Below, piece after piece: positions 63,952-64,000 of a stretch of DNA of 64,000 nt (positions are counted from its first letter, which is position 1; the number at the start of each line of letters is the position of its first letter). The position numbers and the translations under genes are program-made. Location: assembly GCA_024679065.1 (NCBI GenBank), contig JAGIQG010000013.1:45632001-45696000 (forward strand), read 5' to 3'. The notes beneath the pieces were generated by a model. The model ran no database searches. It saw only the letters and a program-made list of their open reading frames with translations, and was not told the DNA's origin. The DNA comes from Sphyrna mokarran. Taxonomy: Eukaryota.

Positions 63952-64000
63952 GGGCAGCACAGTGGAACAATAGTTAGCACAGCTACTTCACAATGCCAGA
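63952..64000 (+). mobile_element. HE1-like SINE head, cut by the window edge
   Basis: gggcagcacagtggaacaatagttagcacagctacttcaca. Confidence 0.75.

Noticed and set aside
1-64000. ORF-track entries as host genes
   Set aside because: All are 165 aa or shorter. Those with recognisable motifs are frameshifted transposon fragments or SINE read-throughs, and the rest resemble no family I know.

Overview
Eukaryotic, AT-rich, CpG-depleted, repeat-dense DNA. It is almost certainly from an elasmobranch (shark), because it carries about a dozen HE1-type tRNA/V-domain SINEs with their CR1 (HER1-like) partner LINEs and SacSINE1-like DeuSINE tails. I found no intact protein-coding gene, RNA gene, CRISPR array or prokaryotic system, so it reads as a large intron or intergenic interval. 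Every ORF with recognisable homology is a decayed transposon fragment: CR1, L2, Crack-like, Rex1 and RTE LINEs, two Gypsy integrase/LTR remnants and a Harbinger transposase. Structure that transposon ends do not explain includes a ~770 bp near-perfect palindrome (22620-23390), a ~500 bp-arm inverted duplication (13658-15839), a ~430 bp direct duplication (31831-34361) and a 41 bp templated inversion (41143-41285). There are also Penelope-type inverted termini with decayed hammerhead cores and two SINE subfamilies with one head and different tails. Family names come from recalled consensus motifs rather than database searches, and boundaries are approximate. I cannot support a claim of a new biological system; the long hairpins are the best leads.
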